The position numbers and the translations under genes are program-made. A DNA stretch of 64,000 nucleotides from Opitutales bacterium (GTDB lineage Bacteria; Verrucomicrobiota; Verrucomicrobiia; Opitutales; PNEW01): positions 1,472,001 to 1,536,000 of the forward strand of contig CBDANS010000007.1 of the NCBI GenBank assembly GCA_965197745.1, given 5' to 3'. The notes under the pieces are model-generated. The model searched no databases. It saw nothing but the letters and a program-made list of their open reading frames with translations, and was not told the DNA's origin. This document shows, one piece after another, positions 20,555 through 30,874 of this stretch; within the stretch, counting starts at the first letter, position 1; each line of letters starts with the position of its first letter.

Positions 20555-20683
20555 GGAGAGAAAGCCGGAAGACCGGAAAGCCAGAGCGTTGGAGTGAAAA
20601 AGGATAACTGAGAGGACAAAGAAAATATTTTATTACGCATAAAAGTAGCATATTCCACCTATACACTAGCATAAAAGAATAGT

Positions 20684-20781
20684 GGTGGAGCGGGCTGACC
20701 CAGCACGCTTTTTCAATGATGACTATCTCAAACGCGCTAGGGACACGATACGATTATGCTCATCGCAGGACGCGTTCCACC
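20684..20781. repeat. REP-like GGTGGA(G/A)CG...CG(T/C)TCCACC palindromic element
   Basis: Related copies at 34312-34394 (inverted) and ~45205-45330 share the agcacgc and cgctagggaca segments. Confidence 0.7.
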
Positions 20782-20866
20782 ATCTATTAAATAGTAATTC
20801 TTATATTCCTCGATCGTGCCTTCAACCTTTTGACATTTTGACCTTTTGACATTTTGACTAAACACC

Positions 20867-23800
20867 GTGAAACGTGCTTTCAAATATTGCGGGTTAATAT
20901 TTCTTACGGGGTGTTGTTTTTTAGCATTTTTGTATTTCTGGAGTGATGTCTTAAAGCCGGAACTGGAAGAGGAACCCATTCGCTATAGCCCGGAAAAAAT
21001 TGATTACATCGAAAAGTCAAGAGACGTTAGTTTCACTGAAGACGACCTTTTCAAAATACAGCAGGATGTCGATTACCGCGGGGGTGAATCCGGCACATGG
21101 TATCCTAAATCCGAATCACCCATCCTCAGCGAACTGGTAGAGGAGGGCAATCTTCCACCGGTGGCCGAACGTGTGGGATCCGAGCCGGTAGTGCTTAAAG
21201 GTGTGGACAGTATTGGTAGATACGGCGGCACCTGGTTTCAAGTGGTAGGATCACCACACCAGGCAGAATACGTCGGTAGCTTCTTTGCCGGATCTTCTCT
21301 TGTTCGCTGGTCGCCGCTCGGTTACCCGATCGTCCCTCATATCGCTAAGCGTTGGGATTCCAGTCCCGATAAGAGGGCATGGACATTTTACCTGCGAAGA
21401 GGCATGAAGTGGTCTGACGGCCACCCTTTTACTGCCGATGATATCCTGTACTGGTGGGAAAAAGAAATACCGCTTAATATCCCTGGGGTTGCTACTGCCG
21501 AATGGATGGATATAGGCGGTAAGACAGGGGAGATAACTAAAATCGATGATCACACCGTAAAGTTCGTTTTCCCTCACCCCTATGGAGCATTTTTAGAAGC
21601 CTTGGCTAAATTTAATGATATTTGCTCGCCTCAACATTACCTGGAAATATACCACCCGGTATTTGGTGATGACGCCCTTATCGAAGCGAACATGGAAGAA
21701 AGGAGGCTACCTTCGCGTAGGAGCCTATATGCTTCATTGAAACTCTGGAACAACCCAGAACACCCGAGGATTTGGCCCTGGCTTTATCGCACTTTTAAAG
21801 CGAATCCACCCCAGGTGTTTGTCCGCAATCCCTTCTACTGGGCAGTTGATACCGAGGGCAATCAGCTCCCCTATGTGGACCAATTATTTACCGAGGCAAA
21901 AACCTATAAGCTTATACCAATAACTGCGGCCAGTGGAGCCGTCACCTTTAAAATTTTTGGCAGTATGGATCTCTATTATACCCTGCTCATGTCACAACGC
22001 GAAATAAACAATTACGAAGTGTATCACTGGTTTCCAGCTTCACGTTCACGCTACCTCATCCATCCAAATCTAAATTTATTGGTGGACCCTGACGATCCGG
22101 TTACCCAAATGAAACATGATCTCCTCAACAGCAAACGGTTCCGCCAGGCACTTTCCCTCGCCATCAATCGACGCCAAATAATCAAAAATGTATACAATGG
22201 AGTGGGAGAACCCGCACAGTTATCACCCGGGAGGGAGTCATATTTCCACCATGAAAAACTTTATAAAAGTTTCACCGAATATTCACCCGACAAGGCTAAC
22301 GCCTTACTCGACGAGCTCGGTCTAACCCGGAGGGATTCCAAGGGATACCGTACATTTGTGGACGGTACGCGTATGGTCTGGTATTATACCATTAAACAGG
22401 GAGAAGACGAAGGACCGACGGAGCTCATCATCGAAGACTGGAGCCGCATTGGCATTCGCGCCGTCCAGCGTCAGCCGCCATCGGCCCTCTTTAGAGTACA
22501 ACTAAATTCGCGCAAAGTCGAATTTTCCATTTATCCTGGGAACGCAGAATACATTCCTGTTATAGGGGGTAAAAAAATTGCTGGAATATCAGCATATCAA
22601 GCCTATGGCTATCAGAATTGGTACAAGCGAGGGGGACTTTACGGAAATCCTGAAGCCACAGAGTTAGGCGGCATTGAACCACCGATAGATCACCCCATGC
22701 GACAGACAATGAAGCTGATCGATGAATCATACAGTGCAATTAATCGTGAAGATCAACGGTTAATTTTCAATAAGCTTTTCGACATCGCCGCAGAGAATGT
22801 CTGGTCAATCAATGTAACCCCTTCACCACCGTTCCCGGTAGTGGTCAAAAACGATTTTAAAAACGTTCCATACAATGCCGCATATAGTGGATTCTTCCTT
22901 ACGCCATCTAACGCGGGAATGGAAACCTACTACTTTGAGAAGCCTTATAATTCGCCTGGAACCCTTGCGCAAATGAAAAAAGAATTGATAGAAATCACCC
23001 CTGCTTCTTACGGATCCAGCCAGGATGATCCAACATCAAGCAGTAATGAACGCATGGCATGGCTTATAAAAAAACTGTTTTTAGGTGTTGCCGTTTGCGG
23101 AATAATATTGATCGGGATACGGCATCCTTATATCGGCAGGCGACTACTCATCATGGGTCCGACTCTTCTCATTATCTCGATGATCTCTTTTGTTATCATT
23201 CAGCTGCCACCGGGAAATTATATCGATACAAAAATTATAGAATTACAGTTAAAAGGTAGTCAGGTAGACATCGATGAGATTGAAAAGCTGCGGGAGATCT
23301 TTCATCTCGATAAGTCTATTGCCGAACGTTATTTACTTTGGCTAGGTCTTAACTGGTTTACTTCCTTTGAAAAAAAAGACCAGGGTTTATTACAGGGTCA
23401 CTTGGGTTTATCCATGGAAAACCAGAGCACGGTCAATGCAGTGGTGGGCGATCGTATCCTTCTAACTTTGCTCATTTCGATGGGCACTATACTTTTTACC
23501 TGGGCAGTAGCCTTACCCATCGGAATATATTCAGCAGTTCGCCAATATACCTTGGGTGATTATGTATTTACATTGATCGGTTTCATTGGAATGAGTATTC
23601 CCAGTTTTCTCCTCGCCTTGATCCTTCTTTATTGGAGCAGTAAGTACCTGGGCATTAATATTTCGGGTCTATTTTCACCTGAATATTCAATCCAACCAGA
23701 ATGGACTAAAGGTAAAATAGTTGACCTCTTGCAGCACATCTGGGTACCCGTTGTCGTCCTCGGCGCCACGGGAACCGCGAGTATGATCCGGGTAATGCGA

Positions 23801-24154
23801 GGTAACCTGCTGGACGAGTTGAAAAAACCTTATGTCATTACCGCGATGGCCAAGGGAGTGCGCCCATTTAAACTGTTGATGAAATATCCCGTGCGATTGG
23901 CACTTAATCCATTTATTTCCAGTATCGGGGCGATCTTTCCCCAACTGGTCTCCGGGGGCGCAATCGTCGCGATGGTCCTCAGCTTACCCACGGTAGGACC
24001 GTTAATGCTGGAAGCACTGATGAAGGAAGATATGTATTTGGCCGGATCGATGCTCATGATTCTCAGCCTTCTCGGCGTTCTGGGCACCCTGGTCAGCGAC
24101 CTGCTCCTAATGTGGCTCGATCCTCGCATACGCATGGAGGGCGGAGTGCGCTAA
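20867..24154 (+). CDS. ABC transporter family-5 solute-binding domain fused to an OppB/DppB-type permease
   Basis: SBP motifs LPPVAERV, LRRGMKWSDGHPFTADD and RNPFYWAVDTEGNQLPY; permease motifs IIQLPPGNY, IGIYSAVRQY and RVMRGNLLDELKKPYVITAMAKG (EAA loop). Confidence 0.9.
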   Translation: MKRAFKYCGLIFLTGCCFLAFLYFWSDVLKPELEEEPIRYSPEKIDYIEKSRDVSFTEDDLFKIQQDVDYRGGESGTWYPKSESPILSELVEEGNLPPVAERVGSEPVVLKGVDSIGRYGGTWFQVVGSPHQAEYVGSFFAGSSLVRWSPLGYPIVPHIAKRWDSSPDKRAWTFYLRRGMKWSDGHPFTADDILYWWEKEIPLNIPGVATAEWMDIGGKTGEITKIDDHTVKFVFPHPYGAFLEALAKFNDICSPQHYLEIYHPVFGDDALIEANMEERRLPSRRSLYASLKLWNNPEHPRIWPWLYRTFKANPPQVFVRNPFYWAVDTEGNQLPYVDQLFTEAKTYKLIPITAASGAVTFKIFGSMDLYYTLLMSQREINNYEVYHWFPASRSRYLIHPNLNLLVDPDDPVTQMKHDLLNSKRFRQALSLAINRRQIIKNVYNGVGEPAQLSPGRESYFHHEKLYKSFTEYSPDKANALLDELGLTRRDSKGYRTFVDGTRMVWYYTIKQGEDEGPTELIIEDWSRIGIRAVQRQPPSALFRVQLNSRKVEFSIYPGNAEYIPVIGGKKIAGISAYQAYGYQNWYKRGGLYGNPEATELGGIEPPIDHPMRQTMKLIDESYSAINREDQRLIFNKLFDIAAENVWSINVTPSPPFPVVVKNDFKNVPYNAAYSGFFLTPSNAGMETYYFEKPYNSPGTLAQMKKELIEITPASYGSSQDDPTSSSNERMAWLIKKLFLGVAVCGIILIGIRHPYIGRRLLIMGPTLLIISMISFVIIQLPPGNYIDTKIIELQLKGSQVDIDEIEKLREIFHLDKSIAERYLLWLGLNWFTSFEKKDQGLLQGHLGLSMENQSTVNAVVGDRILLTLLISMGTILFTWAVALPIGIYSAVRQYTLGDYVFTLIGFIGMSIPSFLLALILLYWSSKYLGINISGLFSPEYSIQPEWTKGKIVDLLQHIWVPVVVLGATGTASMIRVMRGNLLDELKKPYVITAMAKGVRPFKLLMKYPVRLALNPFISSIGAIFPQLVSGGAIVAMVLSLPTVGPLMLEALMKEDMYLAGSMLMILSLLGVLGTLVSDLLLMWLDPRIRMEGGVR

Positions 24155-24274
24155 CGCGCGTGTTAGGTTTTAAGTGTTAAGTTAAGAAGGTTCACCGTTC
24201 AAGGGTTCTTCACTGATTCTCCGACACCTGACACCCAATGCACTCTCCTCACCTGAAATGGCATGGGGAAGTGG

Positions 24275-25063
24275 TTATATTTTCGCACCAAGCTCGACGA
24301 GGCTTTCCACCATTCCCCGGATTCGTGCACTGTCGCTTTTAATAAACGCTTGATGGGGCCGGAATATTCTTCCGTCTGATTTATAACGCAGTAATGCGGC
24401 GATGTCTTCATCATTCTTAATCCTCGCCCCGAATTTCAGTGCAATGTAGCGGCGTTCATTTTCTAAATTGCCAAACACCGAATGCAACAAACACTGATTG
24501 AAGAATATTACATCACCGGGATTGGATTCAAAAGGATAAGCGGGAATTGACGGCTCATCCACTCCGTAGGGTTTTCCCCTGACTTTATTTTCCCCGTAGT
24601 AAAGCGGTTTGAGCATCTCGTGAAAGGGCGCTCGATGAGAACCCGGAATTACACGCAGGGAACAGGTTTCTTTCGTCGTTGGATCGAGATATAAATGAAC
24701 CTTGATCGTCATATAGCTGAGTTCGTTGTGACCTTGTCTGTCTGCATGCCAGGAGGTTTGGCTGCGGCCACAAACTCCCTCGGACCCAGTCCAGATAAAT
24801 TCTTGCCCAAGTAATTGTTCAATTGTCTCGTAGATACGGTCATCCTCAACCAGCTTAGTCAATTCGGGATCTTTCTCGATAAAATAATCGACGACCTTGG
24901 TCACATTTTTCCCATCGCCAGAATCTTCGATTCGACCATTTTCTCTCTCCGACATATACTCATAGCGGCTTATCATCTTCTCCATTTCCTCAGGTGAAAA
25001 TGCGTGCCGCAATACGAGAAAACCAAAGGTTTCGAAGTGCGCTATCTGTTCTGGAGTCAACAT
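24275..25063 (-). CDS. PhyH family dioxygenase
   Basis: LTPEQIAHFETFGFL, WHAD, LRVIPGSH and PGDVIFFNQCLLHS motifs. Confidence 0.88.
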   Translation of the reverse strand: MLTPEQIAHFETFGFLVLRHAFSPEEMEKMISRYEYMSERENGRIEDSGDGKNVTKVVDYFIEKDPELTKLVEDDRIYETIEQLLGQEFIWTGSEGVCGRSQTSWHADRQGHNELSYMTIKVHLYLDPTTKETCSLRVIPGSHRAPFHEMLKPLYYGENKVRGKPYGVDEPSIPAYPFESNPGDVIFFNQCLLHSVFGNLENERRYIALKFGARIKNDEDIAALLRYKSDGRIFRPHQAFIKSDSARIRGMVESLVELGAKI

Positions 25064-25251
25064 GATGAAATATTTATAAATATTTCAGTGTAGGTGTTAA
25101 GTTTTAAGGGCACACATAATCAGGGTCAAACGTATAATTTAAATATACTCTGTAACGGGGCTCGGTAGTCGATTGATTCATGATGCATGCTGCAGTATTC
25201 AGGATGTCATGGGGTAGGGGGTCGGATTGCAGAATGTGAATTTATTTTTAT

Positions 25252-25381
25252 TGTCATTGCGAGGAGCAACGCGACGTGGCTACCGAGGGCAAAGCCCGAC
25301 ATCTTCCATTCCAGGCGAATGAATGTACGCAACCGACATTCCCTTGGATCGCCACGGCTGACAAGCAGCCTCGCGATGACA
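25252..25381. repeat. TGTCATTGCGAGGAGC...CGCGATGACA palindromic MITE-like element
   Basis: Terminal inverted repeats; shares the internal gacatcttccattccagg with the copy at 50968. Confidence 0.75.
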
Positions 25382-25411
25382 AGGTATTTCAATCGAAAAA
25401 CGGCAATCGTA

Positions 25412-27625
25412 TCATTCTATTGTCACTTCTTCAGTTGTCACCGCGATATCATCCCCATCCTCGTTGGAGAACGTAGCGTCAATGCTCAGGGTCGGTTGAG
25501 GCGTTTCGTCAGACTTGAAATTGTTCTGTGTGATCAGAGTCTCAAACCCCGGTGTTGTCGATCCACTCTCCGCCACGACGATCGAAGCGCCATTCGTCTG
25601 CAACAGGTCTCCACCCGTGATGCGCAAACCGGGGTTGCCCGCCGGTACCGTGAAGGACCCGTCTCCGAACAGCAGGTGCGGCACCGCATCGCCGTCGGCG
25701 TCGATGTCGCCCACCGTTAAGCGTACCGCGATCGGCACTCCGCGCGCATCGAAGCCGACCTTGCCCGTGCTTCCACTGAACACGGCATTCGATAACTGTG
25801 CCCCTCCCAGTCCCGTGGAGTTGACTACTTCCACGAGTGCCACGTCGGCCTGGGCGTCATAGACCTGTCCTTCGGGGAACAGCGCCTGGTTAAAGGCGTT
25901 GATCCTGCCCACCGTGAAGATGCTGAAGAAGGTATTGGCGTCGGCTCCGTCGATGACCACGCTCGGCTTTCCCGTTACGTACTCCACGGCCTGGTTGTAG
26001 CGTGGTGGGACAGCCGGGGGCAGGAAGGTGGCCGGGTCCAGGGTTACGGTAAAGGTACCGTTACCTGAGAACTCTACCTGCACAATGTCCTCGTTTTCGT
26101 CCATGAAGGAAACACGGGTGATCTGTCCCGGTTTGGCCTGGAGTTGGACGGACTCTCCGGTGAGTAGTATCTGGTCGAAGACGTTGCCGTTGGCATGCTG
26201 AATGTCTTCACCCGCGATATCCCCCGAGCCGCCTAGGATGAGAAGCACCGGTGGTGCGGCAACGGTAATGACGGCCGTATCGCTGTTGGCGCTCCCTCCG
26301 GCGTTCGTTACCTGCACCCAGAAATTCGTGCTCGCGGTGAGTGCACCCGTGGTCAAGGTATTCGACGTAGCCCCGGCGATGGGATTAGCAGTGTTGCCGC
26401 TATTGCCTTCATACCACTGGTAAGTGAGATCGTCGCCGCTGGCTTCAACTGACAAAACGACAGCGGTCCCCGACTGCACTTCCTGGTTCGTGGGTTGGGT
26501 AGTGATAGGGGGAGCATCCGCGGGTGGCGGTGCTGAGGTATCAGTGCCCGGTGCGCCAATAGGAGTAAAACCGAAATCATCGAAGACTGTTGCGCTTCTC
26601 GCTATATTTACATTGGGATTGTCCTTAACAATAATTCTGTCAATGCCGCCTGGAGCTCCCAACTCTACAGTATTGATTGTAGTTTGACGGGGTTTAAGTA
26701 AAGCATCAAGACCCCCAGCACTTTCCAAGTCCGAAATGGTAGCAAGAAGGTTATCATTAGTATCGTAAACTTCGATTGTTCCGTCCGGGTCAGTAGTGCC
26801 GGTCAAAACAATGGCTGCGGCGAAAACATCGATTTCAAATGCCGGAGTTTCAAAGGTGACCGTGAAGCTTTCTCCGTTAGAAATCCCATAGGATTGAAGT
26901 CCCGATCGCGTTGGATTATTTGCGGCAGATAAAATCGAGCCCCCATCAAAAGTAGCACTAATAGGTGATTCCCCAACAATAATGGGTGCCGTTATTCCTG
27001 CACCCACACTAAAATCCTCAAAAGTAGTGAATACGGTGTTATTGGACGGTCTTTTCGTTATCGTGAAACCCAGATCGTCAAGGGAGAATTTTCCTGAAAC
27101 ATTTTTGATTTTTAATTCTTTAATGCCGTCGAGAAAGTCAAAATCGGTTGAGTCGAGGAACATATCACTGTCTGAAACAAAGCTTTGTAATGGGGGATTG
27201 GCACTGGGGCTGATATTGGTCGGTAAACCTTCGACAATACCATTTTCCGCTATAACTATTATAATGAATAGTTCTGAATCGGCCTTATTTCCTCTGGGCT
27301 CGATTCTGCCGGCTCCCGTATTCTCGGCCGCATAGAATTGGATTTCATCAATTCCTCTTTCCGATACAATTACCCCCTCCTGACCAGGTCCGAGGGTTAT
27401 CGCCTTTGTTCCGGAGTGTAAGAGCGCCGGATCTTCCAGAGTTTCCACCGTGAATCCGACTAACTTGATCCTATTGGGTTCTTCCCCAATGAAAAATTCA
27501 CCTTCCCCACTTATGTCCTCGAAATCCGTGAATACCTCAAGTTCTTGTGGAAGGGCCGACAGGCGTGCCGGTGAATAGAGTAAGAGAATCAGAATCGAAA
27601 TTATTTTTATAGTTTTATTATTCAT
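25412..27625 (-). CDS. Secreted Ig-domain surface protein, copy 2
   Basis: Same architecture as copy 1; the N-terminal framework is nearly identical to copy 5. Confidence 0.88.
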   Translation of the reverse strand: MNNKTIKIISILILLLYSPARLSALPQELEVFTDFEDISGEGEFFIGEEPNRIKLVGFTVETLEDPALLHSGTKAITLGPGQEGVIVSERGIDEIQFYAAENTGAGRIEPRGNKADSELFIIIVIAENGIVEGLPTNISPSANPPLQSFVSDSDMFLDSTDFDFLDGIKELKIKNVSGKFSLDDLGFTITKRPSNNTVFTTFEDFSVGAGITAPIIVGESPISATFDGGSILSAANNPTRSGLQSYGISNGESFTVTFETPAFEIDVFAAAIVLTGTTDPDGTIEVYDTNDNLLATISDLESAGGLDALLKPRQTTINTVELGAPGGIDRIIVKDNPNVNIARSATVFDDFGFTPIGAPGTDTSAPPPADAPPITTQPTNQEVQSGTAVVLSVEASGDDLTYQWYEGNSGNTANPIAGATSNTLTTGALTASTNFWVQVTNAGGSANSDTAVITVAAPPVLLILGGSGDIAGEDIQHANGNVFDQILLTGESVQLQAKPGQITRVSFMDENEDIVQVEFSGNGTFTVTLDPATFLPPAVPPRYNQAVEYVTGKPSVVIDGADANTFFSIFTVGRINAFNQALFPEGQVYDAQADVALVEVVNSTGLGGAQLSNAVFSGSTGKVGFDARGVPIAVRLTVGDIDADGDAVPHLLFGDGSFTVPAGNPGLRITGGDLLQTNGASIVVAESGSTTPGFETLITQNNFKSDETPQPTLSIDATFSNEDGDDIAVTTEEVTIE

Positions 27626-27952
27626 GGTGTCACAATGGTGTATCTTTCTTCTGGTGTAATTTTAATTCTCTAACACCCATTTTATAATATTACGATGTAA
27701 GTTTTTAATTATTTATAGGTTCGATAAAGCCTCACTTCTCCGCCATTTCAATTGTCGATTGCGGATATTCGATTGTGGATTGAGAAAACCGCAAAAGGCA
27801 CAAAAGGGATATTCAAGACGATGGATGTCGGAAACAAGATAAACCATGTATTTCCCGCGAGGGACAATCGAAAATCCGAATTCGAAAATCGAAAATTATC
27901 CCCCCCCTCTCCGCTATTTCAATTGTCGATTGGCGATTTTCGATTGCGGATT

Positions 27953-28278
27953 GAATAAAAAGTCGACGGTTGTAGGTTATTTCCTATTGTCATTGCGAGG
28001 AGCAACGCGACGCGGCAATCCAGTAAAATGTCTGTTGCGTAATGTAATTCCCGTGTTGTTGGGAATTACTCTCAACTAATCGATTTCCTTTAAATGAAGA
28101 GACGAATCCTCATTGGAAAGACCAGAGCAGAGATTTTTATTCGTAAGCACTATGACTATGTGCCTAGATTGCCGCAGTCGGTTGCACCTCCTTCGCAATG
28201 ACAAAAAGGGAAGGCGCTTATGCGCGTGTTATGTGTTAAGTTCCAAGTGTTAAGTAAATTAACCTAAAACCTGACACT
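27953..28278. repeat. ~325-bp duplicated intergenic block containing a TGTCATTGCG element (27988-28203) and a heptamer hairpin
   Basis: Near-identical to 48153-48480. Confidence 0.9.
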
Positions 28279-28288
28279 GATCGATAGC

Positions 28289-30520
28289 TCATTCAATCGT
28301 TACCTCATCAACCTCGACGGTAATCTCATCCCCATCTTCGTTGGCAAAAGTGGCATCAATGCTCTGTGTCGGTTGAGGAGTGTTGTCGGACTTGAAGTTG
28401 TTCTGCGTAATCAGGGTCTCAAACCCGGTCGTTGTTGAACCACTCTCCGCGACCACGACCGCTGCGCCGTTGGTCTGCAAGAGGTCTCCTCCGGTGATCC
28501 GCATCCCCGGGTTGCCCGCCGGTACCGTGAAGGACCCGTCTCCGAACAGCAGGTGCGGCACCGCATCGCCATCGGCGTCGATGTCGCCCACCGTTAACCG
28601 TACCGCGATCGGCACGCCGCGCGCATCGAAACCCACCTTACCCGTGCTTCCACTGAACACGGCATTCGATAACTGCACCCCTCCCAGTCCCGTGGAGTTG
28701 ACTACTTCCACGAGCGTCACGTCGGCCTGGGCGTCATAGACCTGTCCTTCGGGGAACAGTGCCTGGTTAAAGGCGTTGATCCTTCCCACCGTGAAAATGC
28801 TGAAGAAGGTATTGGCGTCAGCTCCATCGATGACCACGCTCGGTTTGCCCGTCACATATTCGACGGCCTGGTTGTAGCGTGGGGGGACGGCCGGAGGCAG
28901 GAAAGTGGCCGGGTCGAGGGATACGGTAAAGGTACCGTTACCTGAGAACTCTACCTGTACAATGTCTTCGTTTTCGTCCATGAACGAGACGCGGGTGATC
29001 TGATTCGGTCTTGCCTGGAGTTGAATGGACTCTCCGGTGAGTAATATCTGATCGAAGACATTGCCGTTGGCGTGCTGAATGTTTTCACCGGCGATGTCAC
29101 CCGAGCCGTCGAGGACCAAGGGCACGGAGGGGGCTGCTACGGTGATGACCGCGGTATTACTGTCAGCGCTTCCACCAGCGTTAGTTATCTGTGCCCAGTA
29201 GTTAGTGCTCGCAGTGAGAGCACCGGTAGTTAAAGTGCCACTGGTCGCACCGGCGATGGGACTGGCGGTGTCGCCGCTGTTGCCGGTATACCACTGGTAA
29301 GTGAGATCATCACCGCTGGCGGCAACAGTGAGGACTACCGCGGTGCCGGATGGGACCTCCTGGCTCGCGGGTTGGGTCGTGATCGCGGGAGCATCAGCGG
29401 GAGGTGGTCCTTCAGTACTTGTTCCCGGAGCGCCGATCGGCGTAAAACCAAAGTCGTCTATCCCCGTATGGCTCAATACATCATTGTTCAGTGTAGGATC
29501 GTCCTTAAAAACAAGCCTGCTGATTCCACCCGGCGCTCCTAATTCCACCGCGTTGACGGTAAAAAAATTGGGTTTAAATTGCGGTTGCACAGCCGACTCA
29601 AAATTAGTGAAGGTCCCGAGCAGGTTATCATTAGTATCGTAGACTTCAAATGAGCCATCGGGATCCTGCAATTGTACTCTAACCGTACTCTGTGCGTAAA
29701 ATTTTACTTCATAAGCCGGAGTTTCAAAGGTGACGGTGAATTCTTCACCATTTCTAATCGCATAACCTTGTGTTTGCGAATGAATTAAATCACATGCGCA
29801 TGAAAATTGTACTACAATCTGGCCCCCATCAAGGATGGCTGTATTGGGTGATGTCCCAACGACAATCGGTTCCAATATACCATCACCCACACCAAATTCA
29901 TCAAATCGGGTATAGACGCTACTATTGGAAGGTTTGTTCGTGAGTGTGTAGCCAAGATCATCGATGGAAAACTTACCTGAAACATTGAGGATCTTCACTT
30001 CTTTTATCCCTTCAAGGAATTCCAGGTCAGTGTCATCAAGAAAATCGCCGCTGTCAGCGATAAAGCTTTGCAATGGGGGGTTGGCGCCAAGGTTGATGTT
30101 GGCCGGCAGTCCTTCAACCTCACCATTATTTCCTATCACGGTTACTGTTGCAAAACTATCAGAGCCACCGAATTCAATTGGATTGACTAAACCTCTGATC
30201 TCGATTTTGCCACCCCCTGTTGATTCAGCCGCGTAAAATTCGATGGTAGCGATCCCACGGCTGCTTACGATTCGCCCCTCCTGGCCGGGTCCAAGGGTTA
30301 AAGCTTTCGATCCCGAGTGCAATAGTGCCGGATCTTCTAATGTCTCTATCGTAAAGCCAATAAACTGAATATCATTCGGTGGATCTCCGAGTCTAAAATC
30401 TCCCGAACCTTCGGCATCTTCAAAATCTAAAAAATTTTCCTGGTCTTGAGGAAGAGCTCGGAGAAGAATCGGTAAAAACAGTGAAATTAGCGATACGATA
30501 ACAATATTTTTTAAACGCAT
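28289..30520 (-). CDS. Secreted Ig-domain surface protein, copy 3
   Basis: Same architecture; the N-terminus MRLKNIV...RALPQDQENFLDFEDAEGS is shared with copy 6. Confidence 0.88.
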   Translation of the reverse strand: MRLKNIVIVSLISLFLPILLRALPQDQENFLDFEDAEGSGDFRLGDPPNDIQFIGFTIETLEDPALLHSGSKALTLGPGQEGRIVSSRGIATIEFYAAESTGGGKIEIRGLVNPIEFGGSDSFATVTVIGNNGEVEGLPANINLGANPPLQSFIADSGDFLDDTDLEFLEGIKEVKILNVSGKFSIDDLGYTLTNKPSNSSVYTRFDEFGVGDGILEPIVVGTSPNTAILDGGQIVVQFSCACDLIHSQTQGYAIRNGEEFTVTFETPAYEVKFYAQSTVRVQLQDPDGSFEVYDTNDNLLGTFTNFESAVQPQFKPNFFTVNAVELGAPGGISRLVFKDDPTLNNDVLSHTGIDDFGFTPIGAPGTSTEGPPPADAPAITTQPASQEVPSGTAVVLTVAASGDDLTYQWYTGNSGDTASPIAGATSGTLTTGALTASTNYWAQITNAGGSADSNTAVITVAAPSVPLVLDGSGDIAGENIQHANGNVFDQILLTGESIQLQARPNQITRVSFMDENEDIVQVEFSGNGTFTVSLDPATFLPPAVPPRYNQAVEYVTGKPSVVIDGADANTFFSIFTVGRINAFNQALFPEGQVYDAQADVTLVEVVNSTGLGGVQLSNAVFSGSTGKVGFDARGVPIAVRLTVGDIDADGDAVPHLLFGDGSFTVPAGNPGMRITGGDLLQTNGAAVVVAESGSTTTGFETLITQNNFKSDNTPQPTQSIDATFANEDGDEITVEVDEVTIE

Positions 30521-30635
30521 TTTGATCCCGCTTAATTTGATTTAAACCCTTGTTGCTGCAGCTGCTAGTTTTAACCAGTAGCGCGGTAAGATGCAGGTTT
30601 CAACAGAAAAAATAAATTTCGTAAATTTTTCAATT

Positions 30636-30798
30636 TGGAACTCAGGAATTAAAGAAAATTAACCACGAATGAACACGAATGCGAACTCAGCGTCTTTGCG
30701 GTGCAATCAATTTCCACTCTGTAATATTCTCTACTCTTTTCCTGAGTTCCATATGCCTAAACCTTCTCTGTATATTTTATTCGTGTTCATTCGTGGTT
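30636..30798. repeat. Two interleaved perfect inverted repeats in a divergent intergenic region
   Basis: A 30636-30648 pairs with A' 30739-30751 (13 bp); B 30661-30680 pairs with B' 30779-30798 (20 bp). Confidence 0.8.
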
Positions 30799-30874
30799 TT
30801 CTTATTCCGCTTATCCGCATCTACGCATAATCGCCTTCGACTTTTGACAGCCCACAATTAGAATTTTCTCATAG

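Noticed and set aside
27752..28079. Small ORFs in repeat-rich spacers (also 19565, 25187, 48046, 50890)
   Set aside because: They are translations of palindromic and heptamer repeats with no sign of real coding.
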